DNA from: Camelus dromedarius
Lineage: Eukaryota
DNA: 64,000 bases
Direction of reading: 5' to 3'
NCBI RefSeq assembly: GCF_036321535.1
Contig: NC_087437.1
Location: forward strand, 10,046,001-10,110,000
Shown here piece after piece: positions 51,890-64,000 of this stretch. A program made the translations under genes and the position numbers. How positions within the stretch are numbered: position 1 is the stretch's first letter; the number at the start of each line of letters is the position of its first letter. The notes beneath the pieces are model-generated. The model was not told the DNA's origin. It saw only the letters and a list, made by a program, of their open reading frames with translations, and made no database searches.

Positions 51890-52030
51890 ATTCAGCTTCA
51901 ATTCCAGCCCCCAGCACCCATCCCTAGGGTGACTCTTCCAGGACAGCACAATTTCTCCTGCCTCAGTTTCCACATCCGCAAAATGGATCTTACAGCCCTT
52001 GAAGACTCAGCAAGCTTCCTCCTGCCCTGA
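51890..52030 (+). mobile_element. MIR3/MIR fragment
   Basis: ttcaattccagcccc...gcctcagtttccacatccgcaaaatgg. Confidence 0.6.
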
Positions 52031-53076
52031 ATCCGTAAAACCTGAGGGGTGAGGGTACCATGTTCCGTCTAGATGCTTTCTCATTTCAAAACCGCAGCGC
52101 TCTGAGTCTCATTAATAAGAGTGTTAATTAATAGCACTCATCTTTACTGGAATTATATTTTGGTAAAAACAAACGCATTGTTGGTCTCTCTCTAGTCTCG
52201 GTTATCCAAAGCTGAGAAAATAAGGGCTGCTCATGCTTCGCCTCCACCATCTGGGATTTCTGGGGTGATGCCAGTTTTATGTATTATATTGAATCACCCA
52301 TTCTCATCATGATTTGACATTTCTAGCATTTTGTCATCCAAACAACATCTCCCTGCCTGCCATTTACTGCCATTTACTGCCGTTTACTGCCAAAAGTGGC
52401 ACAACATTACTGTCAGAGATGTTTCCCGCTTTTTGCCTTGGAAAATGCGTTCCCTGTACCCAGATACGGGTTCTGTCCATGGAGGGTAACAAGAATCAAA
52501 AGATGTGCAAGCAAGAAATAATTGATTCCTGTGGTGTTGTGGGAAATGTAGCACTGTGATGATTTGTCCTCAACATTAAATAAAATACATGTGACCAAAT
52601 TGTCCCTTTGGACCCTCCATCTAGTAAGTCCAGGGAAGTTTACTTTAATATTTTGTGCCTACGTGTCTTGGATCAATTGTCCCTCCTTGTTAACTCACAG
52701 GACGCCCCGCCTTCACCCTTGCTGTGTGGCTTGGTTTGTTGCAGGGAGGAGCATGTGTAACAGACAAGCCCAGCCGTGGACCGGCTCACCCATGCCCTTG
52801 GCAGCCATCACGTGCAAGGTCTGCAGTCCAAGGGCTTGCCCCAAGCAGAGCAAGCGAGGCACTGACTGCACTTAGCTTGTGACACCTTGTGAAGGTGTTG
52901 ACACTTCCCACCAGCGCAGACAGCGCTGTATCATCATTTGTCTCTGGATTTCCACCCTTGCTGTCTCCAGGTGAGATGTCAACGCCCCTTCTCATGGCCT
53001 GTGTTTAGAAGACATCCCATAGCTGAGTTGGGTGATTCCTTTTAATCCAGAGCCATTTATTTTGTCAACCAGTCTT

Positions 53077-53502
53077 GTATTTGTTTTCTAGGACTGCAGT
53101 GACAAGTTACTGCAAACTGGGCGACTTACAACAGGGGGAAAAATTTTCCTTACAGTTCTAGAGGCCAGAAGTCCAGAATCAAGGAATTAGCAGGGCCAGG
53201 CTCCCTCCAAAGGCGTTCCAGAAGAATCCTGCCTTCCACTTCACTTCTGGTGGCTCCGGCTGTTCCTTGCTTGTCACAGCATCACTCCAAACATCACTTT
53301 TATCTTCTCCAGGTGTCTCTCCCAAGTGTGATACTCATAAAAACATTAGTTATTGGGTACAGGGCCCATCTGGGTAATCCAGAATGACCTCATCTCCTGT
53401 TCCTCAACTTAATTGCATCTGCAAAGACCCCTTTGCCCCAAAACATCAAATTCATAGGTTCCAGGACATATCTTTTTGGGGGCCACCATCCAAACCCCTA
53501 TA
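53077..53502 (-). mobile_element. MLT1B/C-like MaLR LTR
   Basis: acagttctagaggccagaagtccagaatcaagg...atccagaatgacctcatc...atctgcaaagacccc...ttgggggccaccatcca. Confidence 0.88.
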
Positions 53503-54359
53503 AACCTCTAATGGTGTGAGAGGGTTTCCCAGAGGAGCTTAGATGTGTCATGATACATTTTTGTCATTGTACACACATCCGCCTTCGTCAGAGAGCACGT
53601 AGGCAAGTGGACCACAATGCCAGGTCTGCTTGGAAGCACTGCTCCCCCTTGACCTGTAGACCCCGATGCTGGGTATAAGGCAGCATGCTGCAGCTCCTTC
53701 TAACCACTGGCTGTTTTGCTTAGGAGCTGTCCTTCCCTGGAGTGTGATTTCTACCTCTCTTCAAATGTCTGTTAAGAAAATCTTTACTTGTCTGAACTGC
53801 GAAGGAAGGTACATTTCAAGTTCTTTCTCATAGAGCCTTTGGACCCTAGACAACCAGAAAATATAGGTATATGCTAATACACGTGATTATAAATACATAT
53901 GTATATGTATTTATATACACATGCTGGCTTCACCAAGTCTTTTCAACCATGATGCCCCGTTATCTGCACAATTTATACACTTTAGAAGCTCAACAGGAAG
54001 CAGACAAGAGTCATGCTGTTTCTTTAGACATCAAATAGCAAGAAGTCAAATCTCAAAATGTCTTCTGCATTTCTGGTTCTTAAGATACAGAACTACGATA
54101 ATTGATGTACTAGGGGATAAAATCTGGAGTCCTTTTTCTTTAAGCTGGTTGCCAGCAACAATTTTCTCCTATAAGTTTTCATAAAGTTAATTTGAGATCA
54201 GGATAAGGAAAAATACACTTCCATGTCTAATCTCTGATCTTTCTCAACCCAACCAATGACTTCATTTCTCTTCCTGTTTTCACTCTTACTTTTAAGAGGG
54301 AAGCTTGGGCTTGGATCAATGATGATTGAGGACCAACAATGGGAGTATGAAATGTAAGT

Positions 54360-54755
54360 AAATATTTGCTTCCAAAGGCTGCCATGAGAAATTACCACAA
54401 ACTAATGGCTTATACCAACAGAAATTTATTCTCTCGCATGGATGTCAGAAGTCTGAAGTCAAGTTGTCAGCAGAAACATGTTCTCTCTAAATCCTCTCTC
54501 CAAATCCTTATCTTTTCCAGCTTCTGGTAGCATCAGGGGTTCCTTGGTGAGTGGCTGGACAATTCCAGTCCCTGCCTTCTTCTTCAGATGGCCCTCTCCT
54601 CTGGGACACTTGTCATTGGACAACCCAGCATGGTCTTATTTCGAGATTCCTCATTACATCTGCAAGGACCCCTTTTCCAACTAAGATCACATTCACAAGT
54701 TCTGGGGATTAGGGCATGGACTTACTCTCTTGGGGACACTATTCAACCCACTACA
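54360..54755 (-). mobile_element. MLT1B/C-like MaLR LTR
   Basis: aattaccacaaactaatggctt...aacagaaatttattctctc...acatctgcaaggaccc...ggggacactattcaacccactaca. Confidence 0.88.
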
Positions 54756-54929
54756 ATGGAGATCAATGATCAAGGAGACAAAGAATGGAATCCTGCACGG
54801 ACCTGCACCTGAGAACTCGGTACCATGACTTTAACCAATTATTTGTGTTAAGTTTTCTCTGTTAAATTAACTGGTATGGTTTCTGTCTCCATCACTGGAC
54901 ACTGACTGATCCAGCAATGAATAGGTCTT

Positions 54930-56065
54930 TCCCCCTCCCCCCAGCTTTATGGGAGGTACAAATTTATACAATGTTATTTGTCATTTAAGGTATATAACAT
55001 GATGATTTGACATATGTATACATTGTGAAATGCTTACCACAATAAAGTTAGTCGGCACATCTGTCACCTCACATAGTTGCCATTTAGTGTGTGTGTGTGT
55101 GTATTTGTGTGTGGTGAAAACATTTAGAATCTACTTTTTTTTTTAGCAATTTTCAAGTATGCATTACACTATTGTTAGCTATAGTCACTATGCTGTACAC
55201 TAAATCCCTAGAAGTTAATTCATCTTAATAACTGAAAGTCTTTACCCTTTGACCAACATTTCCCCACTTCCCCAATGCCCCAGCCCCTAGTGATCACTAA
55301 TCTATTGTGTTTCAATGATTTTCACATTTTTTAGATTTCACATATAAGTGAGATTATACAGTATTTGTCTTTGCCTGTTTGACTTTTTTGACTTAGCACC
55401 ATGCCCTTAAGTTGCATTCATGTTGTCACAAATAACAGAAATTTCTTTTTTCATGTCTGAATAATATTCCATTGTGCATGTGTATACATGTGTGCCTATA
55501 TATATATATATAGGCACACACACCCCCCCCCCCACATTTTCTTTATCCACTCATCTGTTGATAGATAATTAAATTGTTTCCATGCATGGCTATTGTGAGT
55601 AATGCTGCAACAGTCATGGAGGAATACAGATATCTTCTCAAGATAGTTATTTTATTTCCTTGGAACATATACCCTGAAAGAAGATTGCTGGATCATATAA
55701 TAGTTCTATTTTTGATTTTTTGAGGAATCTCCATACTGTTTCCATAGTGGTGGCACCAATTTCCATTCCCATCAACAGTGCATAGGGTTTCCCGTTCTCC
55801 ACATCCTTCCCAATGCACATTACCTCTTGTCATTTTGATAACAGCCACCTTAACAGGTGTGAGGTGATAGCTCCTTATCGTTTTGATTGGCATCTCCCTG
55901 ATGATTAATGATGCTGAGCACCTTTTTAATGTACTTGTCCATTTATACGTCTTCTTTAAAAAAAATGTGTATTCAGGTCATTTGCCAATTTTTAAATCAG
56001 ATTACTTGTTTTTTGCTATGAGCTGTTTGAGTCCCTTATATATATTTGGATCTCAACCCCTGTAT
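54930..56065 (-). mobile_element. L1MA9-like 3' end (about 1.1 kb)
   Basis: Antisense 3' UTR (tagctatagtcactatgctgtac) through ORF2 end (gaggaatctccatactgtttccatagtgg, ctaacaggtgtgaggtgata-like). Confidence 0.9.
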
Positions 56066-56827
56066 CTCATATTTACTTGTTCAATTAACATGAATGGAGG
56101 CCTTCTGCATAACTATCACAACACAGTCACTGTTCCTATAAAGATGAAAATAATAGTTCACAAACCTGAAAGTCTGCTGGTGGCTGTCTGGAGGAGAGAA
56201 TGAAATGGCGCTGCCTTCTCCCACACAGTGAGAACAGTGAGACACCCAAGGGATTCTCTCGAATTGCTCCAGTGATCTCCCTTCCTCTGCTCCAAAACAG
56301 TTTCAAAAACTTCTTTGTTTTTCTAACATACTGACTAACATACACTATTAACCACAATTGGACTCTGATCTTTACCTATGTTTTTGTAGTCAGCATTTAA
56401 TGCCTTTTATTTTAAACCTGAAGGTTCAATTTGTTAGCTCATTTATCATCTTTTTTTTTTTCTTGCTACATGAGAAGCAATTCTCCTAAGTGCCTACAGA
56501 TACCTCTGGGAGGGCCAGCTCCACAAGTCCCTAACTCTAGAGACAGACTTTTCCAAAGATCTCTAACGGGGTGCCACAATTAATCACTATATCGAAACCT
56601 GTGCTTCTGATGTAAGCTCAGCTTTCAGACTGTTACTTCTGAGACTAGAGACTCTCACTGGGAGAAAAACCAAGCTTGTATCAATGATCCCAACCCCAAG
56701 TTGGGCACATTTCAAAGACTCTCATTTATCAAAGTCAATGTCAAAATGGTGACACAGAAATAATTTGCCTCCACCTATTTAAAGGGCGATAGGGTATCTT
56801 CAAATTAAGTACACAATAAAAAAAAGA

Positions 56828-57765
56828 GAGGCAGGACGTCTAGAATGGCAGAATGAGGAGCTCAGCAAAAATTCTCCCCAGCAAAATAAAAATTTAACTG
56901 AGGGGAAAAAAATTTTTTTAATCATTTAAAGTCTCTAGAAAGTGTCCTGAGAGAATACATTAAATGGAGAAACATTCATTCATGAAAACCCACTAAATCT
57001 TAGTAAGAATAATGAGTCTCTGGCATTTAAGTCATGACTCACCCTTACACACACTCCTTATCCAGCTCTGTGTACAGACCTCTCCGCCAGGCAGGTACAA
57101 CCAAGGCCAAGTCACCAGACAAACAGCCAGGTAAATAAAACAACAATTCCTGCAGGGAATCAGTATCCAGAGCTGCTACAATATCATATCTGAAATGTCC
57201 AGTTTTCAACCAAAAATTATAAGACATATAAAGAAAAAAAAAGTGTGACTCATACACAGGGGAAAAAAAAAAAAGCCAGGTAGCAAGATCTGCCTTTGAC
57301 GAGGCCTGGAAGGTGAACTCGGCAGCCAGGGCCAGCCTGAAAGCAGCATTAAAATGATGCTAAGAGTACAAAATGAAACGATGCTTGAAGAAATAAAGGT
57401 ATCGTGACCACACTGCTTCAAATAAAGGTCAATACAAGGATAAAAATCGTGAAAAAGAACCAGATAGAAAAACACAAAACCGAAATTAACAATTCACTGG
57501 AGGGAGTCAGCAGTACACATCAGTTGGCAGAGGAAAGAATTAGCAAACTTGAAGACAGATCAGTAGAGATGATGTGATCTGAGGAACTGAGAGAAAATAG
57601 TATGGAGAAAAAATCAAGAGTCTCAGAGGAGTACAGGACACCATACACACAAGTCAACATTCGCATAACAGGAGAGGACAAAGAAGGGAAAGAGGAAAAT
57701 GCATCCAAAGAAATCATAGCTAAAGTCTTCAAAATTTGATTTAAAAATGACTGATCTATATTTAT
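56828..57765 (+). mobile_element. Old L1 (L1MC/L1MD-type) 5' UTR/ORF1 fragment
   Basis: aatggcagaatgaggagctcagc...aaatgtccagttttcaaccaaaaatta...aattagcaaacttgaagacagatcagtaga...aagaaatcatagctaaa. Confidence 0.75.
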
Positions 57766-58134
57766 CACACGCTATTCGGTGTCTAAACTGCTTAGTAGAT
57801 ACCCCTCTGTGGTTATTCCAGCCCTCCTGCCATCCTTGACCCTGGGTCCCTGTCCAGCACCTTCACTCCTGAACCTGTTCCCTCAATCCTGCCAAGCCAG
57901 ATTGCTGGACTGTCACTGCCTCGCTGCCCTGTCACTTTGGGTTGCATGTCACCTCTTCTCTTCCTGAGCCCATATTGACCTGGCAACCTACACACATCAG
58001 TTCCCCCTTTGTTCTGCGTTTCCCAGCCCACCGAAATAAACTCCTTGCTCCTAGGTGGTACCAGGTGCCAGCCCTGAATCCCAGCCTTGGTCAGAGCTAG
58101 GAAGAGAGTCCAGATGTTAAGAACCAAGCCCTGT

Positions 58135-58300
58135 ATTATCTCTAATTTATAAAAAACACATCTGCAAGCAGGTACTGTCTGCCCATTTTGGAGATAATAT
58201 CAAAGTTTAGAGAGACTGAGTACCTTGCCAGGAAATGATAAAGCAGGGAAATGATCTGACCTTCCTAGTGTACAAACCACCTCCAGGTCTTACAGCTCAA
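58135..58300 (-). mobile_element. MIR fragment
   Basis: cccattttggagataa...tttagagagactgagtaccttgcc. Confidence 0.5.
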
Positions 58301-58339
58301 CTTCTTTGTTGTTCCTACTATCTTCATGGGTTGCAGAGT

Positions 58340-58815
58340 TCAATAGTTCTCTATCACTACTATGACAAATTATCCACAAACTTATTGGCTTAACACAACA
58401 CCAATTTATTACCTTATAGTTCTGCAGGTCAGAACTCTGCTGCAGATCACACTGGATTCAGTGAAGGTGTTGACAGGCTGCAGTCCTTTGGGAGAATTAG
58501 AGGAGAATCTGTTTCCTCGCCTTGTCAGCTTCTAGAGACTGCATTGCCTCCCTTGGCTTACGGCCCACTTTCACATTCATGGCTGCTTAAGACTTCCTCA
58601 CATAGCGTCCCCCTGACACTGGTCCCCCTTCCTCCCTCTTCCACTTTTAAGGACCATTTGATTACTTTAGGCCACCTCCCTATATTAGGGTCAGCTCATT
58701 AGCAAGCTTGATTCCATCCTCAACCTAATTTCTCCTTGCCTTGTAAGGTAACACATTCACAGGCCCCTGAGATTAAGATATGGGCATCTTTGGGCTCCAT
58801 TCTCCTTCCTACCAC
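58340..58815 (-). mobile_element. MLT1C/D-like MaLR LTR
   Basis: ggcttaacacaacaccaatttataccttatagttctg...ggagaatctgtttcctcgcc...gtaaggtaacacattcacagg. Confidence 0.85.
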
Positions 58816-59684
58816 GTAGAGTGAGCATGGCTGGTCACTACATCTGAGCAGCAAGCCCAGATCCCTTCCCGCAAGTCCTCCTTATTTTTTCACCCCGTAT
58901 CTTACCTACTCCCACACCCCCATCCTCCGTTAGGTTCTGTCTTTTGACACACTTCGTGGATTGCCTCACGTTCCAACCGCTTTCTTGTTCGCCCTCGCAT
59001 CACAGTTCCCGTGTCATCTTCCCCGTTCATTTTGGTTTCCACACATCCTGGCTCAATGGAAAGGCTAAGTTATGCTAAAACGCAAGTGATGATACTAGTT
59101 TGATGTATTACTCCTGCCAGAAAACACTGACGTTTTAGTAGAGTCCCTACCCCCTGTCTCAAAGCAAAAGAAAAAGTAGATTCAGTCTGATTATGGGATA
59201 CTTCAGGGGTTTATGTTTGTTTGCCTTTATTCTGGGAGCTCAGGTTTGAAAGAAGTCCAAGTTTTGTCAGTCGGAATGCTCAGGGGCTGTACCAGTTGAG
59301 GTTCTTTGCTCCTGTTGCCAGTGATAGGAGTGGGCTTGCCAGTCATGTTTTGCTGTGGCCAAGCAAAAGGAAAATTTCTGAGAGAATGCAACAGGTAGGA
59401 AGCGGGATTGGAAGTAGAGCAAAAACAAGGTGAGAAGGAACCTTTAGAGGGTCTTGTCAGGACACTTGCACTGGAAAGAAAAAAAAATTCAGAATGCTAG
59501 GGGTTTTGTTTGTTTCATTTTTATGCATCAAGGGAAAGAGCCGGAAGGTTGCCAACCGGCCAAACTCAGCGTCATGCTCACCCTTGGTGCTACCGCGGGA
59601 GTGAGAGGACCTGGTGAGAGGAAACAAAGGGCTGCTGGTGCATCCCTCTGGCTTCATTTGTGAGAAAGTGTGATGGAAAGGTCT

Positions 59685-60052
59685 ACCCACCAGGGTTCAG
59701 CTAGAGAAGCAGAGCCAATAGGACATATATAAAGAGATTGATTGCAAAGAATTGGCTTACATGATTGTGGCGGCCATCAGGCAGGGCAGGCTGGAACTCT
59801 CGGGCACCGTCTGAAGCTGCAGCTCACCCTAGGAATTATTTCCTTCCCGAGGGAAGCCTCAGCTCCTCTTGTAAGCTCTTGCCACTGGTTGACGCAGGCC
59901 CCACTCAGATTACTGAAGACACTTCTTACTAAGATTCTACTGGCTTTGTACTTCAATAACATCTCCGAAATATATTCCCAGCAACACTCTAGATTAGTAT
60001 TCGATTAGTAACCGGGGACTGCGGCCAAGTTGACACATCAAAAAACCATCAC
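59685..60052 (-). mobile_element. MLT2 (ERVL) LTR
   Basis: cagggttcagctagagaagcagagccaatagg...gaattggcttacatgattgtgg...gccaagttgacacatcaaaaaaccatcaca. Confidence 0.85.
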
Positions 60053-60296
60053 AGAAGAGGAGTAGTAGGACAGGGCATCTCAGTTTGCAGACTCACCAAG
60101 TATTGCCCACAATGTGGGACAGTGATGGGAGCTTATTGGAAAGAGCCCATGGATTCTGGGCAATGGAACACAAATGCCCACTGCAGAGGCTGGCGAGGAC
60201 AGTGCAGAGTGAGTAGACACCTCATGGGGGCAAGGGACTCTTCTACTCGCCTGGGTCTTCCTATCAAATCTCCCTCGCCATATGTTCATCCAATTA

Positions 60297-60297
60297 T

Positions 60298-60337
<40 letters not shown>
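60297..60337. repeat. (CA)n(TA)n compound microsatellite
   Basis: Direct reading. Confidence 0.96.
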
Positions 60338-61309
60338 GGCATCATAGTTTTACTTCTCTTCAGCTCATATAATGCAGAGAATTTTTCATGAAGTAATTTA
60401 GGATTATCAGGCACATGGTAAGCTTAGCTCTAGAAATTATTTTGAAAGCATAGATGCCTACGGGAACCCTCAAATTATAACATATTGAAAGTTACTGTTT
60501 CAGCTTATGGTCAAGTGCTACTTTGAGTTATAAAACCACTGAAGTGTATCAGTCTTTCTATTAACAACCTGCCCATGGGGACTGAGAGAAACTCAGCATC
60601 TTCAAGGGGAACTACTCCGTGTTATCAGCACAAAAGAAATATGAGATGGAGACGTGATAAACCTGAAGTCACAACTTCATGCAGTGTGTCTGTCGAAGAA
60701 TAAATCCAGGGGATATCTGAATTCCTTGGGATTTCTGACAACGCAGAGGATAAAGTTGAGCTGGAGTCTCACCTTTGTCTGTTCCATCAACTGAACTGTT
60801 GGTTTTTTCCTCTCCCACCTTGCGTTTTGCAAGTTGGGGTAAACTCTCCCTTTCTTGGTTGGCCTATCATCTCTCCCGCTTTCATTCCCTCTTTAAACAC
60901 CATTTCTGCTGCATCTTCAAAAGCTTATCTCCTCTCCACAGCTGTCTGTACAAAGTTGAGAGCCTGGCACTGATTTAAACAGCTTGAATTGCACTGAAAT
61001 AAATTCCTCAGGGCAGCGACCAATTTCTTATGCATTGTCAATAGCAAAATATAGTGTTGGTGTTTCATAAACGCAGTATGAATATAAATAACAGAAGGTC
61101 CAAAAATATGGTAGTAATTTCTGTATATTACAAAATTAAAATCTAATGCTTTGGAGTGAACTCCGAGTTCCCCTAAAACTTTATCAGAAGGTGATATTCT
61201 ATTATTCTACTGAGTGGGAGATAGAGTTTTACAAATGGAAACTTACAGATCTTTTCAGCATGATGTGAATGTCTAGGGAACTGACTTCTTATTCCACTAT
61301 GCTGAGACC

Positions 61310-61752
61310 CTCCACAGTAAGGAATATTAGTTGTTCACAATTATCCCTTTCCCCCATGGCCCCCCTGCAGTAGCACAGGCTTCCCAGTTCTACTGACTCG
61401 GGGCTTACACATGTGGTTTGATTTGGCTAGTGGAACATAAGTAAACATGGCACGAACAGAGGTCTTACTTGTGCTTGTGTGTTTTGCTTTAGCTTCTAGA
61501 CCTCCTGAATTTCATCAGAGGTTCAGGACCCTGTCATAGTTCCAGAACGAGGAGACACGTGGAACACACCTGGACCCACCCAAAGCCCAAATCCTAATCC
61601 AGCTGACCCCAAATGATCCCAGCTAAAGCCAGCAGAGTCACAGCTGACTTAGAGGCAGGAAAGTAGGAAATAAATGTTTATTATTATAAACCACTGAGAT
61701 TTAGAGGTGGCTTTTAACATAGTGTAGTTGGAGCAATGACCAGTTAATATAT
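61310..61752 (+). mobile_element. MLT1H/I/J-like MaLR LTR
   Basis: catgtggtttgatttggctagtggaac...gagacacgtggaacacacc...aataaatgtttattattataaaccactgagattt. Confidence 0.75.
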
Positions 61753-61914
61753 TCCCAAATCTTCAAATAATTTCAATTAAAAGAAATGAAACAGTAGGAA
61801 ATACTGAGTCTAAAAAGGTCTCTGCTCCTTGCTGTGCATTCCTGGGATCTCTCAAGCCAATCTCATTTCCAGAAACACAATCTCAGAAAATTTCAAGCCA
61901 CTCCATGTGCTGAG

Positions 61915-61990
61915 TCTGTGGTCCTTTCTTCACACATTTTTGCAATAAAACATCTGTGGTCCTTTCTTCAAACATTTTTGCAATAAAACA
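61915..61990 (+). repeat. 38-bp tandem duplication
   Basis: tctgtggtcctttcttca(c/a)acatttttgcaataaaaca twice, one mismatch. Confidence 0.95.
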
Positions 61991-62070
61991 AAACATGCCC
62001 AACTAATGCATAATCATTAGTCTGCACACAGATATGAATGCATACTCCTGGAAGAAACACTATTATTCAT

Positions 62071-62626
62071 TGTGGTAGCTTGTCTTCTAGATGGCCCCCC
62101 AATGAACCATGCCTTCCAGTGTTCATGCATTCATGGAGTACTTTTCCACATTGAATCTGAGCTAGTCCTCTGAAACAAAACAAACAAACAATGCAGCACG
62201 CAGGGTGCTTTGTGACTTCTGAACTATGTTATAAGAAGCTTTGTAGCTCTTCTTTGGATTCTTAGAACACTCACTCTTGAGTCCCAAGCTACTATGTAAG
62301 CAGTCTGCCTCTTCTGCTGGAGAGACCACATTGAGAAGGCTTGGAACTAATGTAGGAGAGAGACCAAGCTGAGACCCATCTTTTAGCTGACCCTCCCAAG
62401 CTACCAGACAAGGTGGGACCCCCAAATAAGTGAAGCCTTCTTGGACTATCCAAAACCATCCCAGCTATGAGCTGCAAATGACTGAGTGACACCAAGGGTC
62501 CTACACCTTGCCAAGATCCACTCAGTTCTTGACTTATAAATTGTGAGCATAAATAAAGTGGCTTTTGTAGGTTTTGAACTAGTAGGTTTGGCACAGTTTG
62601 TTATACACAAGTTGATACCTGGAACA
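62071..62626 (+). mobile_element. MLT1F/G-like MaLR LTR
   Basis: tgtggtag...agatggcccccaatgaacc...gtgaagccttcttggac...aattgtgagcataaataaa...gtttgttatacacaagttgatacctggaaca. Confidence 0.85.
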
Positions 62627-62669
62627 TTCATTTATATGATTCCCCAACATGACATAATAACTTGTTATA

Positions 62670-62915
62670 ACAATCGTCAACATTTACTAACTGTTGGTAT
62701 ATATATGCTATGCAGCACGTATCATTATTTAATTTCTTCCTCGCATTAATGTGAGCACCTGTGAAATATGTAACATAATGATTGCTGTTTGATACATGAG
62801 AAAGTTTAGACACAGTGATATTAATTAAATTGCCCAAAGTCAGATGGATAGTAAAGTAGTAGAAACAAGGTCTTATCTAGGAAGTATCACAAACCTTGAT
62901 TTCTAACCACACTAA
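62670..62915 (-). mobile_element. MIR
   Basis: catttactaactgttgg...gatacatgagaaagtttagacacag...aattgcccaaagtcagatggatagtaaagt. Confidence 0.6.
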
Positions 62916-63724
62916 TTAAAAGTTGGGGAAAACCTAGAGCTTTGGTTTCCTAGGGGGGTGCTTTTTTCACCTAGCAAGTCTATGGAAACCAGGCAGCCAG
63001 TTTATATGCTTTTTGATAAATGTTACAATGTTGGCGTTTGTGCAAAGAAACAGGCGTGAAATTAAATTACAACTATTAAAGGAATGGCCGGTTTCAACCA
63101 GTTGAGGATCTGGTTCCTTAAGTCTTTGAGATGTTAGAAGAAGGCAAGCAGCCAAAAGAGTTAATGCAAAACAAAATGATATTGCCAGTTGGCAAAAAAA
63201 AAAAAAAAAAAAAAAAAAAAATAGTATTTACAACAAAGACAACCCCTACTTGCCAGTTCAAGAAAAAACAGCAGAATTGAGAAGAATTATGAAGCTACTT
63301 TTCCTTTCTGGGTAGACTTGTCACTAGGGCCTGATTTAGCTGAGTATGAAATTTGATTACATAATTGACCAAGGTTTTGACAAGGATGGTACCTCAGGTA
63401 TAATTACCTTTATGTCCAACAAGTAGGCAAAAGTTTTTCTGGTTGTTTATAAATAATAAACATTGTAAATCTAAGAAGGGAGCAGGGAATCTAAGATTTA
63501 CAGGTAATATGGAAATGATAGGTTTTCTTCTATAGGCTGTGGCTGATGGCAGGAGGTGTTCTGATTTTTGTCCACAAATGGTCTTGAAAGGAAAGCCCCT
63601 GACCCAGGGGTCCATCTAATTTTGCCATTGAGAGGCCTCAAATCAGTGTGTAGGTCACTGCTTGGAAGGAACTTCAGAGAATAATAGGTCAATCAAAAGC
63701 ATGGTTGAGAATGCCTTCAGTTAC

Positions 63725-64000
63725 AGCAAGCAAACCAAACCGACGGACAGCTGACAGAATAACTGGTCTCTCCTCCTCAAAAATGTCAGCCTGATAAAAA
63801 TCAAGGAAAGACTGAGGAATTCTTCTGGATGAAAAAAAAACTAAAAAGACATGACAATCAAAAGCAACATGGTATCCTGAAGTGAACCTTGAACCAGAAA
63901 AGGAAATTCTATTCCTCTGTTGCTTAATAAGACATCAGTGGAACAATCAGTGATTTTCTGATACCATAGATAAGATAACAATATGCTATCAAAAGTAATT
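63725..64000 (+). mobile_element. Old L1 (L1MC5/L1ME-type) 3' UTR fragment, runs off the window
   Basis: ctcctcaaaaatgtcag...aaagactgaggaattcttctggatgaaa...aaagacatgacaatcaaaagcaacatggtatcctg. Confidence 0.65.

Noticed and set aside
59669..60052. tgtgatgg...ccatcaca as DNA-transposon terminal repeats
   Set aside because: The interior is an MLT2 LTR whose own end is ccatcaca; the 8-bp match is probably chance.
60774..60945. Minus-strand coding exon suggested by an AG/GTGAG donor
   Set aside because: There are stop codons in all three frames between the candidate acceptor and donor.
1..64000. Short ORFs in the six-frame track as protein-coding genes
   Set aside because: All are under 150 aa and mostly fall in L1, LTR or microsatellite DNA. 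Only the L1 ORF remnants and the ATP5F1A fragment resemble proteins I recognise.
1..64000. CRISPR array, operon or other prokaryotic/viral system
   Set aside because: No regularly spaced repeats or dense coding regions; the sequence is mammalian repeat-rich DNA.

Overview
This is mammalian non-coding DNA, most likely camelid (alpaca/camel). That assignment is inferred from the tRNA-Ala-derived vic-1-like SINEs and the artiodactyl/camelid-type L1 3' ends. I see no intact protein-coding gene, RNA gene or prokaryote-type system. The window is dominated by transposon remains. These include one near-full-length decayed L1 (35631-42747), many L1 fragments, three tRNA-derived SINEs, about seven probable solo LTRs between 10 and 28.4 kb (mostly ERV1-class), MaLR/ERVL LTRs, MIR/L2 and MER3/MER5 DNA transposons. 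The only host-gene-derived sequence is a 5'-truncated, frameshifted ATP5F1A processed pseudogene (25262-26278, minus strand). It sits inside an MLT1 LTR and is itself split by a twin-primed L1. The most notable structures are an inverted pair of closely related solo LTRs 1 kb apart, a 47-bp inverted repeat around an AT-rich core, and a MER41-like LTR carrying a GAS site close to an E-box/AP-1/IRF/ETS motif cluster. Repeat family names come from my recall of consensus sequences, not from a database search. I cannot support a claim of a new biological system here.
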